DNA of 64,000 bases from Paracoccaceae bacterium (GCA_047638395.1 JBLIMV010000017.1:33431-97430); one strand, 5' to 3'. Numbered from the stretch's first letter, positions 1 through 10,551 are shown. Made by a program: numbers and translations. Notes: generated by a model from the sequence alone, not told the origin.

Positions 1-49
1 CGCTGCGAGCGCATTCGTGGCGGTACAGTAATCAAAAAGGGTGGGCCGG

Positions 50-2461
50 ATGAAAGAATTACGGATAGGCTTGGTGCTGTATGGCGGCGTCGCACTCGCC
101 GTTTATATCAATGGTGTTGTGACGGAGATCTGGCATGCGCTCCGCGCGTCACGGGCCATGCAGGATGGCGAAGACACCAATCTCGACAGCACGTCGGAAA
201 TTTATCGCGATCTCCTGGCGGAACTGAAAGAGACCGCCGATACCGACGAACTTCGTATCGTCGTAGATGCCGTGGCCGGCACGTCTGCCGGCGGCGTAAA
301 TGGTGCAGCCCTGTTCAAGGCGATCGTGCAGGGCGCCGACGCGTCGGTGCTGAACGATGTCTGGCTCGACGATGCGGATATCAAGAATCTGCAGGGGGAC
401 CCTGACCGTTTGCCCTGGTATCTGCGCGCTGCCGAAAACATGCTGCGTATTTTCCCGACACTGAAGAAACTGCGCAGCAACCTGCGCGAACAGACGACGC
501 TTGAATGGACCTGGATACGTGACACCATCTACACGTTGGCCGCGACCAAAGATCCGCAAAAATCCCCGCTAAAAGGCGATTTCTTCACGACAATCATTGC
601 CGCGTCTCTTCGGCGGATGTCCGAGAACAAGAAAAGCGAGCCGCTGCTGCCGACCCGCGGCACGTTCGACCTGTTTCTGACCAGGACGGACCTGCATGGC
701 TGGCCGCGCCATCTGCCTGTCAGCCGGAGGTATCACCCGACAGATCTGTATGAACGGACGCACGCCCATGTGATGGCCTACCGGGTACGCTTCGGCGATC
801 CACCATCCAAGATATCCGATTTCGAGCTGACCTATGGCGCCCGGACGACAGCCGGGTTTCCGCTCGCTTTTGCACCTGTCACTTACAAGGAAATCCGCCA
901 GAACTTCCTAGAAGCGCAACCTTCCGCGACACCACCTTCTGACGATGAATTCACCAATACGTATCTGCGGGAACATCACCTTAGCGGTTTCGATACAAGC
1001 AAAGCCCGTATGGTCGATGGCGGCGTGCTCGACAACCGCCCGTTCACCCATGTTACACGCGCCATCGAGGCAAAACCGGCCGACTTCGAAGTCCGCCGAA
1101 TTGTTGCCTATATAGAGCCCGACCCGGAGCGCGAGATCGACGCGGCACCCGATAACGGTCCGCTGACCAAGGATATGCTCGGAAACATGTTCCGCCTGTT
1201 CCGGAATGAACCGATTCTGGGCGACCTGCGCGAGCTGCAGAAAAGGAACGAAACCGTCAGCCGGATCCTTGAATTTCAGGCAGCAAACGCTCCCGTGACG
1301 GATGCCTTTATCAATCAGGTCGCTGGCAATCTTGATGGGGAAATCACCGAAGGCCGGCTAAACGACTGGCGGCGCGACGCCAATGCCCGCCTGCGGGCGG
1401 ACCCGATGTCCGGCTATCTGGGTTATGTCGGCCTGAAACTGCGAAGCGCATCAAACGTCTATGCAGATATCGCCTGCCGGGCACTGAATCTTCCCTATGA
1501 ATCACGCCATGCGTTTGCCGTCCGGCGCATCGTCCGACTATGGATGACCGGTCAGCCGGAAAATATTCTCGACCCGCTATCGGCCCAGCAGAATGGGTTG
1601 TCGGAGACGCTGACAGAGAACCAGATCACGCTGTTGCAGGCTTTCGACATACCTTTCCGGCTTCGCCGGATTCGCGCCATCGTCAAAACCATAAATGCTG
1701 AATACGATCACGCAACAGACCGCAGCGGTCTGGATGCCTGCAAGCGCGGCCTTGCCGATATCGTTTGCCGCTATGAAGTCGCGATGACCGACACTGGCGA
1801 CGACCTCCAGCAGATCGAACGCATCGTCGAAGACGATATCGACACCCTGCTTGACGTCCTTGCCGGCCAGCCAGAGACCATCGTTGCACAGTACGGAGAG
1901 ATGCTGGCGGGGATATTCGATGCGGTCGCCGGCCGCTTCCGGAATCTTGGTGTCGATGAAAACCGGAATATTGCAGAAGCGATCATGCTGCTGCCCGAGG
2001 AGGCGCGGCGCCGGGTCGCCCGGGCGCTGATCGCATTTCCGTATAACGACGTGATGATCTATCCGCTGATGGAAACGGCGGGCGTGACGGACCCGGTACC
2101 GGTCGAGACATTGCGCATATCCCCTTACGACGCCCGGATTGTGGGTGATCGTATAACACCGCTCGAATCCGCGGGATTCGGTGCATTCAAAGGATTCCTG
2201 AGCCGCCGCCTGCGGGAGATCGACCTTCTTTACGGCCGCCTGAACGGCATTGAACGCATGGTCGACCTGATTATCAACACCGCAGCGAAGGATCCCGCCT
2301 CACCCGCCATGCAGGAACGCCGGCAACGCTACACGGCCGCTGCAATGGCACGCGCGCTGGACGAGGCGGATGCCGCGGAAAAAACCGATATCAAACCGCT
2401 GGTCGCCGAGCTTCGAAAGAAACTGGATGCCTATGGAAACCAGGGCGGCCTCGTCGCCTGA
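50..2461 (+). CDS. patatin-like phospholipase family protein, large (~800 aa) with long C-terminal extension
   Basis: The GTSAG nucleophile elbow (GxSxG) and the DGGVLDNRPF catalytic-Asp motif are typical of patatin. ATG at 50 is preferred over GTG at 41 because of the upstream AAGGG. Beyond the patatin domain the protein has about 450 extra residues, as in the 'patatin-related' large bacterial proteins. Confidence 0.7.
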   Translation: MKELRIGLVLYGGVALAVYINGVVTEIWHALRASRAMQDGEDTNLDSTSEIYRDLLAELKETADTDELRIVVDAVAGTSAGGVNGAALFKAIVQGADASVLNDVWLDDADIKNLQGDPDRLPWYLRAAENMLRIFPTLKKLRSNLREQTTLEWTWIRDTIYTLAATKDPQKSPLKGDFFTTIIAASLRRMSENKKSEPLLPTRGTFDLFLTRTDLHGWPRHLPVSRRYHPTDLYERTHAHVMAYRVRFGDPPSKISDFELTYGARTTAGFPLAFAPVTYKEIRQNFLEAQPSATPPSDDEFTNTYLREHHLSGFDTSKARMVDGGVLDNRPFTHVTRAIEAKPADFEVRRIVAYIEPDPEREIDAAPDNGPLTKDMLGNMFRLFRNEPILGDLRELQKRNETVSRILEFQAANAPVTDAFINQVAGNLDGEITEGRLNDWRRDANARLRADPMSGYLGYVGLKLRSASNVYADIACRALNLPYESRHAFAVRRIVRLWMTGQPENILDPLSAQQNGLSETLTENQITLLQAFDIPFRLRRIRAIVKTINAEYDHATDRSGLDACKRGLADIVCRYEVAMTDTGDDLQQIERIVEDDIDTLLDVLAGQPETIVAQYGEMLAGIFDAVAGRFRNLGVDENRNIAEAIMLLPEEARRRVARALIAFPYNDVMIYPLMETAGVTDPVPVETLRISPYDARIVGDRITPLESAGFGAFKGFLSRRLREIDLLYGRLNGIERMVDLIINTAAKDPASPAMQERRQRYTAAAMARALDEADAAEKTDIKPLVAELRKKLDAYGNQGGLVA

Positions 2462-2483
2462 CGGCAGGCGCGGCAGCTTCGCC

Positions 2484-3464
2484 TCAGAGGTTGATCCGGA
2501 AGAGGTCCATCGTATTGGTGCGGCCGATCTTGATGCGGTCGGCTTCGCTGATGCTGCAGGTATCGAACCAGTCCGCCGCATGATCGACGTTCTCGAACGG
2601 CCAGTCAGCGGAAAACAGTACCCGGTCGGCACCAATCTCCAGCATCGCGTCGATCAGTGTCTGAGTACGGAAATTGCCCGATGTGGTGATGTAAAAATTG
2701 TTCTGAAAATACTCGCCCAGCATTTTCTGTGCCGGATAGCCCCGCTCATCCCCGACCCATTTATTCCGGTTGTCGATCCGCCACATGCTGTAGGGAAGAC
2801 CTTCGCCCATATGGCCCAGAACGATCTGCAGGTTGGGATGTTCATCGAACAGACCCGACGCCATCAATCGGAGCGCATGCACCGCCGTCTCCTGGCCGAA
2901 CGCCCAGGTCGGCCCCAATAGCCAGGGATGGCCTTCATAAATCTGCGCCATGCTCGGCAGCGGGTTGCGCGGATGCAGATAGAACGGCACGTCCAGCTTT
3001 GCGACGACGTCCCAGAACGGACGGTATTGCGGCAGGTCATAATACAGAGCGGATTCTTCAACATCGGCCTGCGAAAAGCCGTTGACCAGCGCGCCGACGA
3101 AGCCGAGTTCGTTCACGCAGCGTTCCATTTCGGCACAGGCCATATCGACATCCTGCAGGGGCAGCGCCGCGAAACCGCGGAACCGACCCGGATTGCGCTG
3201 AACCCATTCGGCCAGCATGTCGTTGGATTTTCTCGCTACCTCATTCGCCCGCTGGCGATCCGGGATCGCCTGAACAGCCGGTGCGTTGAGGGACAGTATC
3301 ATCATTTCGACGCCGTTCTGATCCATCTCGTCGATCCGGCGGCCTTCGATATCCATCAGGCGGCCGGAGAGTTCCTCCCAGGTTTCCGGCGGCAGATAGC
3401 CGTTCGAATCCTGCAGCGTATCCTCGATGGCGTAATGTTCTTCGAGCGCGATCTTGCCTTGCAT
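2484..3464 (-). CDS. amidohydrolase-2 family metal-dependent decarboxylase/hydrolase (ACMSD / gamma-resorcylate decarboxylase-like)
   Basis: The N-terminus MQGKIALEEHYAIEDTL matches the conserved start of ACMSD/LigW/gamma-RSD type amidohydrolase_2 proteins. The 326-aa length fits, and His/Asp metal ligands are spread through the sequence. Confidence 0.7.
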   Translation of the reverse strand: MQGKIALEEHYAIEDTLQDSNGYLPPETWEELSGRLMDIEGRRIDEMDQNGVEMMILSLNAPAVQAIPDRQRANEVARKSNDMLAEWVQRNPGRFRGFAALPLQDVDMACAEMERCVNELGFVGALVNGFSQADVEESALYYDLPQYRPFWDVVAKLDVPFYLHPRNPLPSMAQIYEGHPWLLGPTWAFGQETAVHALRLMASGLFDEHPNLQIVLGHMGEGLPYSMWRIDNRNKWVGDERGYPAQKMLGEYFQNNFYITTSGNFRTQTLIDAMLEIGADRVLFSADWPFENVDHAADWFDTCSISEADRIKIGRTNTMDLFRINL

Positions 3465-3552
3465 GACGGTCTCCCCGTTGAGATTGGATATCCCCGCTAT
3501 TCAGACGAGGTTTGTTGACCCTGTTTCTAGATGGGCCTCGATATTATTTCAA

Positions 3553-3571
3553 TATGAAAATGTTTCATATA
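3553..3571. promoter_or_regulatory. perfect 8-bp inverted repeat ATATGAAA-ATG-TTTCATAT in AT-rich spacer upstream of the amidohydrolase gene
   Basis: This palindrome was read directly in the 3465-3575 intergenic spacer, about 90 bp upstream of the start at 3464. It is a candidate operator; no regulator gene lies adjacent. Confidence 0.25.
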
Positions 3572-3575
3572 AAAT

Positions 3576-4886
3576 TCAATGAGTGGCACAGGTCCGAAAC
3601 CCGGCGAAGATATCCTGCCGGTGCGGCGGAAAGTAATTCCGGTATTTCGCGTTGATATAGCGGCTCCGCGTCACCCAGGAACCGCCGCGCAAGACCTTGG
3701 TATCGCCGAATAGCGGCTCCGAATATTCCTTGTAATCGTCCGGCGCAAAACCGTCGAACGGGCCGAACGTATCTGCCGTCCATTCCCACACATTGCCGAT
3801 CAGCTGCCGGCAGCCCCAGGCGTTTTCACCCGCCGCATAGTCTGCCGTATCGGCGTAGCCCATTCCGAACCCGTCCATATTGGCCCGGACAGGTGTGATC
3901 GGGTCGTTACCCCAGGGATAGTCTGACTTTATCAGCCCGGCATTACCGTCGGGGCGCATCGAGGCCGCAAATTCCCATTCGGCCTCGCTTGGCAGGCGGC
4001 GGCCCGCCCATTGGCAATAGGCAGTCGCTTCATGCCAGTTCACATGAACAACCGGCGCGTCCGGCGCAAGGTCCCGCCATTTATCGAACAGACGCACCTG
4101 CCAGGCATCGGTATCGACTCGTTTCCAGTAGACCGGATGCAGCGCACCCGCTTCCCGGCGCCAGGCAAGACCGGTCTCGGACCAAAGCGCATCGTTCAAA
4201 TACCCGCCGTCTTCGACAAATTCGGCATATGCGCCACAGGTTACCGGCGCCCGCGCCATACGGAACGGTGCAACGATGACATCATGCGCCCATTTTTCAT
4301 TGTCGAAGACAAAGGCGTCTTCAGGTCGTGCACCAAGACGGAATGTCCCGCCGGGAATGTCCGCATCGCCTTCGAGCGCCCCCGTCACGGCAAGCCGTTG
4401 CGCCGTCGCCGCGCCATCTGGCCGAAAGACCGGGGTCGGATATCCAAGCGTCTGACGTGCCCACGTAAAGGCCTCGTCATGCATGTCTTCGTGGAAGGCG
4501 GTGAACTGATAGAGGTAACTATCGCGCTCACTCGCAGCGCCTTTGTCCAGGCGCTCGATCAGCGTGTCCAGCACCGTCGCCATATACTCTTTCATCTCGC
4601 CCAGCGGATATACCGGCAGGTCCCAACGCGTATCGTGGGCAATCGCGATTGAATCGTAGAGCGCGTCTCCCCGCTCCAGCAACGGCTGATGGCCATCTCC
4701 CTGACGCAGGATGAAAAATTCATAGAACCAGGCCACATGCCCTATTTCCCAGATCGTTGGATTGAGGATCGGCAGTTTCGGTCCGACGAGTTGGTCGTCA
4801 GTCAATCCCTCCAGCAGCTCCAGCGTACGTTGCCGGGCGCTTTGCAGGGTCGATACGAGCTGGTCGCTGGTTACTTGTGCGGTCAT
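3576..4886 (-). CDS. senA: EgtB/SenA-family sulfoxide (or selenoxide) synthase: N-terminal DinB_2-like domain + C-terminal FGE-sulfatase (SUMF1-like) domain
   Basis: The N-terminal HVAWFYEFF DinB_2-type motif and the C-terminal RGGSW..R..YR..F FGE-family motifs match EgtB at 436 aa. Genomic context (SenB-like GT, SelD, no egtD) favours the selenoneine synthase subtype. Sequence alone cannot separate EgtB from SenA. Confidence 0.55.
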   Translation of the reverse strand: MTAQVTSDQLVSTLQSARQRTLELLEGLTDDQLVGPKLPILNPTIWEIGHVAWFYEFFILRQGDGHQPLLERGDALYDSIAIAHDTRWDLPVYPLGEMKEYMATVLDTLIERLDKGAASERDSYLYQFTAFHEDMHDEAFTWARQTLGYPTPVFRPDGAATAQRLAVTGALEGDADIPGGTFRLGARPEDAFVFDNEKWAHDVIVAPFRMARAPVTCGAYAEFVEDGGYLNDALWSETGLAWRREAGALHPVYWKRVDTDAWQVRLFDKWRDLAPDAPVVHVNWHEATAYCQWAGRRLPSEAEWEFAASMRPDGNAGLIKSDYPWGNDPITPVRANMDGFGMGYADTADYAAGENAWGCRQLIGNVWEWTADTFGPFDGFAPDDYKEYSEPLFGDTKVLRGGSWVTRSRYINAKYRNYFPPHRQDIFAGFRTCATH

Positions 4887-4907
4887 GAATCTTCGTTACG
4901 TTGGACC

Positions 4908-5865
4908 CATGAAGATTAGCCTCGTCACCCCCGCAGGGAAACAGTCGCGCGCGGGAAATCGTACCACCGCCATCCGATGGGCCCGGATTCTGAGCGATAT
5001 CGGGCACCGCGTCGAAATTTCGGAAGACAGTATCGGCAAGGGCGCGGACATGATGATCGCCGTCCATGCCTGGCGATCGGCAAAATCGATCCGGGCATTT
5101 TCACAGCAACATCCGGACCGACCGCTCGTCGTGCTGCTGGCCGGGACGGATATTTACCACTTCCAGCACAGTCATCCGGCGGAGACACTGGAATCGATGG
5201 AACGGGCGACCCAGCTGGTCTGCCTGCATGACCTGGTCCACCGGGCCATCCCCCGCAAGTTCGACAAAAAACTGCGGGTCATCCACCAATCCTCACCGCC
5301 GCTGACATCCCCGCGTCAGCCGTCGAAACGCTGGTTCGAGGTATGCGTTGCCGGACATCTGCGCGCGGAAAAGGATTCGCTGCGCACCGCCTATGCCGCG
5401 CGTCTGGCACCGGCGGACTCAAATCTGCGGGTGGTCCATCTCGGCAAGGCACATGACGATTCATGGGCGCGCGATGCCCGCGCGGAAGTGGCACACAACC
5501 CCCGCTTTGTGTGGCGTGGCGAGGTACCGGGCTGGCAGGTTCGCCGACAGTTCGCCCGCAGCCACGCAATGGTGATCAGCTCGGTCATGGAAGGTGGCGC
5601 GAACATTGTGTCCGAAGCCATCGTTTGTGGCGTGCCGGTGATTGCATCGCGTATCGACGGCAATATCGGGCTGCTTGGCGCAGATTACGAAGGCTATTAT
5701 CCGGCAAAGGATGAAGCCGCGCTGGCGGCACTGCTGCTGCGTGCCGAAAAGGAGCCGGCCTTCCTGAAGACCCTGGCACGCCAGTGTCGGGCCAAAAAAT
5801 CTTTGTTCGCGCCGGCAAAAGAAAAAGCCGCGTGGAAAACACTATTGAAAGATATGGGAGTCTGA
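4908..5865 (+). CDS. senB: small GT-B glycosyltransferase, SenB-like (selenosugar synthase candidate)
   Basis: A GT4-like C-terminal motif, EGGANIVSEAIVCGVPVIASRIDGN, is present. At about 319 aa it is shorter than typical GT4 enzymes. It is divergently adjacent to the EgtB-like gene (22 bp apart) and close to SelD. The start was chosen at ATG 4908, which gives MKISLVTPAG. Confidence 0.55.
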
Positions 5866-5867
5866 CA

Positions 5868-6791
5868 ATGCGGATCGCAATGATGGGCAGCGGCGGTATC
5901 GGTGGTTATTTCGGTGGCCGGATGGCGGCGGCCGGGACCGATGTGAGCTTTATCGCCCGGGGCCGGCACCTGGCGGCAATGCAGGAAGCCGGCCTGCGGC
6001 TCGACAGCCGGGATATGGGCGATGTCACCATCAAACCGGTCAGCGCCACCGACAACCCTGCAGAAATCGGTCCGGTCGACTACCTGATCATCGGTGTGAA
6101 ACTCTGGGATACCGAAGATGTCGGAAAATCGATCCTGCCGATGCTTGGCCCCGACACCACCATCCTGTCGCTACAGAACGGCGTCGACTGCGACGATATT
6201 CTGGCGCCCATCGTCGGCCGGGAGCGGCTGATCAGCGGCGTCGCCTTCATCGCAAGCTCAATCTCGGAACCGGGCGTCATTCGCCATATCGGCACGATGC
6301 AGCGCATCGTGATGGGCGAACCGGACGGCAGCATTTCCCCGCGCCTGACGGCCCTGCAAGACATGATGGTCCAGGGCGGAATCACCGCCGAGACCAGCGA
6401 CGATATCCAGCGCACGCTGTGGGAGAAGTTCGTGTTTCTCGTAGGGCTGAGTTCAACCACCACGTTGATGCGCACCACGCTCGGCCCGATCCGCGAGGCC
6501 CCCGAAAGCCGGGAATTCCTGTTCGGTGTGATGCGCGAAGCGACGGCTGTCGGACGGGCCATCGGCATCGACCTGCCGGAAGATTTCGCCGATACCCGTC
6601 TAATTTTTGCAGATGGCCTGCCGGTCGATATGACATCGTCGATGCACCACGATTTCGAGGCCGGCAATAAGCTGGAGCTATCCTGGCTGGCAGGAACCAT
6701 CGTTCGGCTGGGCCGCGAGGCCGGCATTTCAACGCCCGTATGCCAGACGGTCTATGCGGCGCTGCTGCCGAAGGCCGGCGGGGCGGCCTGA
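5868..6791 (+). CDS. 2-dehydropantoate 2-reductase family (PanE/ApbA-like) NAD(P)H oxidoreductase
   Basis: The N-terminal MRIAMMGSGGIGGYFGG Rossmann motif is typical of ketopantoate reductases. A GGGAG ribosome-binding site lies upstream. The start is 3 nt after the senB-like stop, so the two are translationally coupled. Confidence 0.7.
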   Translation: MRIAMMGSGGIGGYFGGRMAAAGTDVSFIARGRHLAAMQEAGLRLDSRDMGDVTIKPVSATDNPAEIGPVDYLIIGVKLWDTEDVGKSILPMLGPDTTILSLQNGVDCDDILAPIVGRERLISGVAFIASSISEPGVIRHIGTMQRIVMGEPDGSISPRLTALQDMMVQGGITAETSDDIQRTLWEKFVFLVGLSSTTTLMRTTLGPIREAPESREFLFGVMREATAVGRAIGIDLPEDFADTRLIFADGLPVDMTSSMHHDFEAGNKLELSWLAGTIVRLGREAGISTPVCQTVYAALLPKAGGAA

Positions 6792-9061
6792 CTAAACCCT
6801 GACCGTGATCGGCTCCAACCGGTCCGACTGTTCTTTTACCTCACCGACGATCATCGTCCGCGTATAGCCGAGTTCGATCAGCCTGGCGACACAGGCATCC
6901 GCGCGGTCGGCGGGCACGCTGGCAAGCAGGCCGCCCGCGGTCTGCGGATCGAAAATCAGCGGATATCGGGGATCTTTGCCGGCTTCTTCCAGATTGGCGA
7001 CCGCGCGGCGCAGGCGCACGTTCTGCGGCTGCAGCGATGAGACGATCCCAGCGCGCACGGTATCTTCGGCACCGTCCATCATCGGCACGGCATCAAGCAC
7101 AAGCTCGACATCGACCTCGGATGCCCGCACCATTTCCACCAGATGGCCGAGCAGGCCGAACCCGGTGATATCAGTCGCCGCCCGGCTGCCATATTCAACC
7201 AGGCACTGCGCACCGAGGCGGTTCGACATCACCATATGATCGAGCGCAGCGGCGATCCACCGGCCCTTGGCCTTGTGGCGCATGTCGGCCGCGAACAATG
7301 TGCCGGTCCCGATCGGCTTGGTGACAATCAGCTTGTCGCCGGGCTTAAGGCCGCCCTTGCGCATGATCTTGTCCCTGTCGATTAGCCCGTTGACCGAAAA
7401 ACCAAGGCTGAGCTCGGGGCCTTCGCTGGTATGGCCGCCGACAAGGCTGCAATTGGTATCGTTCAGGATCTCCATCGCGCCGGACATCATCTGGGTCAGC
7501 GTATCCTCGACCTTGGATTCGATGCCAAACGGCACCGTGGCGACAGCAAGCGCGGTCTGCGGATCGGCGCCCATGGCGAAGATATCGCCGAGGCTGTGAT
7601 TGGCCGCGATTTTGCCGAACACGTACGGATCATCGATCATCGAGCGGAAATAGTCGACCGTGTGCACCATCACTTTGCCCGGCGGCACTTCGACCACAGC
7701 GGCATCGTCCGGCTCGTGCAGGCCGATCAGCACATCGTCGCGCGGCGCGGGCGTCAGTGTATTGAGGGCCCGCGACAACACGCTGGCCCCAACCTTGGCG
7801 CCGCAGCCGCCGCAGCGCATGGCAATTGCCGAGATTTCCTTGACCACATCGGCACTCGCCAGCCCGGCGGGCAGATCGGTTTTTTCTTCCTCGTCCATGT
7901 CGGGGAGGTCGTTGAACTTGTCCATAAAGCGGCGGTCGATCCAGTCTTTCCAGCGCCACAACGCCTCGCCCTTGATGGACCAGCCACCGCGCGACGCGAC
8001 GGCGAATTTGTCGCCGGTCGAAATCAGTCCGAGGAAATTCTTTTGCGGCCGGAAGGGGCGCTGCGTCTGCCCCAGAAGCGCCCGGCGCAGGTTTCGTTCC
8101 AGCGGCTTACCCTGACGCACTGCGAACACGCCCGACTTGGGCCGCGGATGATTGACCATCGCGGCAACGTCACCCGCAGCATAAACGTCTGGATGAGACG
8201 TCGATTGCAACGTATCGCCGACCTTGATAAAGCCGCCGTCATCCACATCGAAACCGGCTTCGCTTGGCCAGGACGGCGCGCCCGCGGCGGTTACCCACAG
8301 GATTTCATCGGCGGCAATCTCTTCACCACCGCCCGTCTTCAACAGCCCCGGCATAATCTCGGTGACGGGCTGTCCGAGATGCAGGTTCACGCCGCGGCGC
8401 TGAAGCACTTCCATAAAGGTCCGGCGCGCCCGGGCGTTATGGGTCGGCAGGATCTCCGCCGTATTGCTGAACAAATGGAATTCAATGTTGTCCGCCGCAT
8501 TGCCAGCAGCTTCACGCAGTTCGCTCAGCCGGTGCTGAATTGCCAGCAGAATTTCCACGCCACCTGCCCCGGCACCGACGACGGCAATCCGCAGCGGACC
8601 TTCATGCGCCATGGCCCGGACACTCAGCGCTTCCCACCGGTCAAGAAAATTATTGATCGGTTTGACCGGAACCACATTGCCCGTCGCACCGGGCACACCC
8701 GATGTATTTGGGGTCGAACCCGTATTGATCGATACCAGTTCGAACGGCACGGGCGGCCGGTCATCACAGATCACGCGCCGTTCCCGCAGGTCGAGCCCCG
8801 TGACGGTCGAATGATAGAAGCGCGCATTGGCAAACCGTGCCAACGCACCGAGATCGATATGTGCTTCGTCATAAGTGTAATGACCGGCAACGTATCCAGG
8901 CAGCATCCCCGAATAGGGCGTGTGCGCATCACGGCAGATCAACGTGAGGCGAACACCGGGCACGGGTTTCATACCGAAACGTTTGAGCACCGCGACATGG
9001 CTGTGTCCGCCGCCAATCAGCACCAGGTCTTTGACAATCGGGGTATCGGATTTTTGCATAA
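6792..9061 (-). CDS. selD: bifunctional FAD-dependent pyridine nucleotide-disulfide oxidoreductase (NADH dehydrogenase-like) / selenide, water dikinase SelD
   Basis: The N-terminal VLIGGGHSHVAV dinucleotide-binding motif marks the oxidoreductase half. The C-terminal half begins MRCGGCGAKVGASVL, the SelD Cys-type glycine-rich active-site loop, and continues with AIR-synthase-related PurM-like folds. The start was placed at the internal ATG (MQKSDTPIVKDLVLIGGG), 4 nt after the permease stop. Confidence 0.8.
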
Positions 9062-9063
9062 GA

Positions 9064-10551
9064 CTATCGTTGTTCCAAAGTTGTCTGAAGGCGCAGCCGG
9101 GACCGGATGGACCGGGAAATTGCATCGACGCAGATATTGAGCATCGCCGTAATCAGGATCAATAACAGCGCCCGGTCGAACCGCAGGTCGGCGAACGCAC
9201 TGTCTACATAGAATCCCAATGTCGCAATGCCGAGAATACCGAGAATGGCCGTTTCGCGGAGGATGACCTCCCAACGGTAGAACAGCAATGCCAGCATTGG
9301 CCGGTAGACACGGGGAAGCACCTCGTAGAAATACCTGTTCACGCCCTTCACGGCATCAATCCGGAGTTGAACTGTTTCAGTGTAGCGCCCGATAAGATGT
9401 CCGATAATCGCCGCATTGTGCAGGCTGAGAGCGACAATCGCCGGCAACATCGAGGGGCCCCATAGATTGAGCAGAACAAAGGCAAGGATATATTCCGGCG
9501 TTGACCGGACAATCACCAGAAACGTATGCCCGCCGGTACGCGCCGCGCGACCCAGCAAAAGCGGCGAAATCAGCGGAAAAAAGATCAGCGTGAGAAAACC
9601 GGTCGCAACCAGCGCAATCATGGTGAGCTGGATTGTCGCCACCATTCCGGGCCAGGCCTGATCAAACAGCATCATCGCGAGCCAGTCGCCAAAGGCTGCG
9701 AGCGATCCATCACCACCGACACGCAGCGGATACGGCACGATATCGACCGTAAAGAACCGCGAGACATTCGACCACGAGAACGCAACACCCCAGGGCAGGA
9801 TTGCGGCTGCCGCCACCAGGTAAACCGGCAGTAGCGGCTTTTTCATCCAGATCCGCATGGTCGCGATCACCAGATAGAACAGGATCAGCAGCGCGGAGAC
9901 CTCGGAGTAATAACCTTCCTTGAACGCCGTTTCGAGATGAAACCCAAGCGTCGGCAGCCCGATAAAACCCAACACCGCCGATGACCGAAGACCGCATTCG
10001 AGCCGGTACATCGAATAACTTCGAAAATGAGCCCAGGCATCCGGCAGACGCACGAACAAAAAAGTCGATGCCCTGCCCGCGCCAACCGGCACCGCACTCA
10101 ACGGTCGCTGATCGGCTTCTTCAAGAATTTCCGCATAGACCTTGGCAATGATCCCGGCATAGGGGATGGCGATCGCCAGCACACCGGTTAGCGGCGACAA
10201 CCCAAACATCTGTAGGAAAATCAGTGCCCAGAACAATTCATGGATCGAGCGAATAAAAGCACAGCCGACCCGGACGGTCCGGCTATGAAATATGAGCGCG
10301 AGGCCGAATCCAAAGATGTTGGCCAGTGCCACGCCAAGCAGTGCAAACGCAAGCGTATAGGCAAGCGCCAGGCCCAGGCTGTTGGTTGCATAGAAATCCG
10401 GTGTGACGATCCCTTTGAGCAGCAGCCCGAATTCTCGCCACGGGTCGGCCGTCGAGATCGCGATGTCGGCAAATATCCAGCAGACGATCGCGACGAACAG
10501 AAATCCCGTGGTCGTACGCGCGAGCGGAGAGGGTTCGCGGCGCGCGATCAT
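9064..10551 (-). CDS. ABC transporter permease, PhnE-like, fused double transmembrane domain
   Basis: This 495-aa polytopic membrane protein carries two PhnE-type permease repeats. Its start overlaps the ATPase gene and its stop lies 4 nt before the SelD-fusion start. Confidence 0.75.
   Translation of the reverse strand: MIARREPSPLARTTTGFLFVAIVCWIFADIAISTADPWREFGLLLKGIVTPDFYATNSLGLALAYTLAFALLGVALANIFGFGLALIFHSRTVRVGCAFIRSIHELFWALIFLQMFGLSPLTGVLAIAIPYAGIIAKVYAEILEEADQRPLSAVPVGAGRASTFLFVRLPDAWAHFRSYSMYRLECGLRSSAVLGFIGLPTLGFHLETAFKEGYYSEVSALLILFYLVIATMRIWMKKPLLPVYLVAAAAILPWGVAFSWSNVSRFFTVDIVPYPLRVGGDGSLAAFGDWLAMMLFDQAWPGMVATIQLTMIALVATGFLTLIFFPLISPLLLGRAARTGGHTFLVIVRSTPEYILAFVLLNLWGPSMLPAIVALSLHNAAIIGHLIGRYTETVQLRIDAVKGVNRYFYEVLPRVYRPMLALLFYRWEVILRETAILGILGIATLGFYVDSAFADLRFDRALLLILITAMLNICVDAISRSIRSRLRLQTTLEQR

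Noticed and set aside
7431-9140. A 569-aa plus-strand ORF, with several other long plus-strand ORFs, between 6900 and 9200.
   Set aside because: It lies entirely antisense to the well-supported oxidoreductase::SelD gene. The predicted protein is Arg/Gly/His-rich with no motifs. This is typical of spurious open frames on the opposite strand of high-GC genes.
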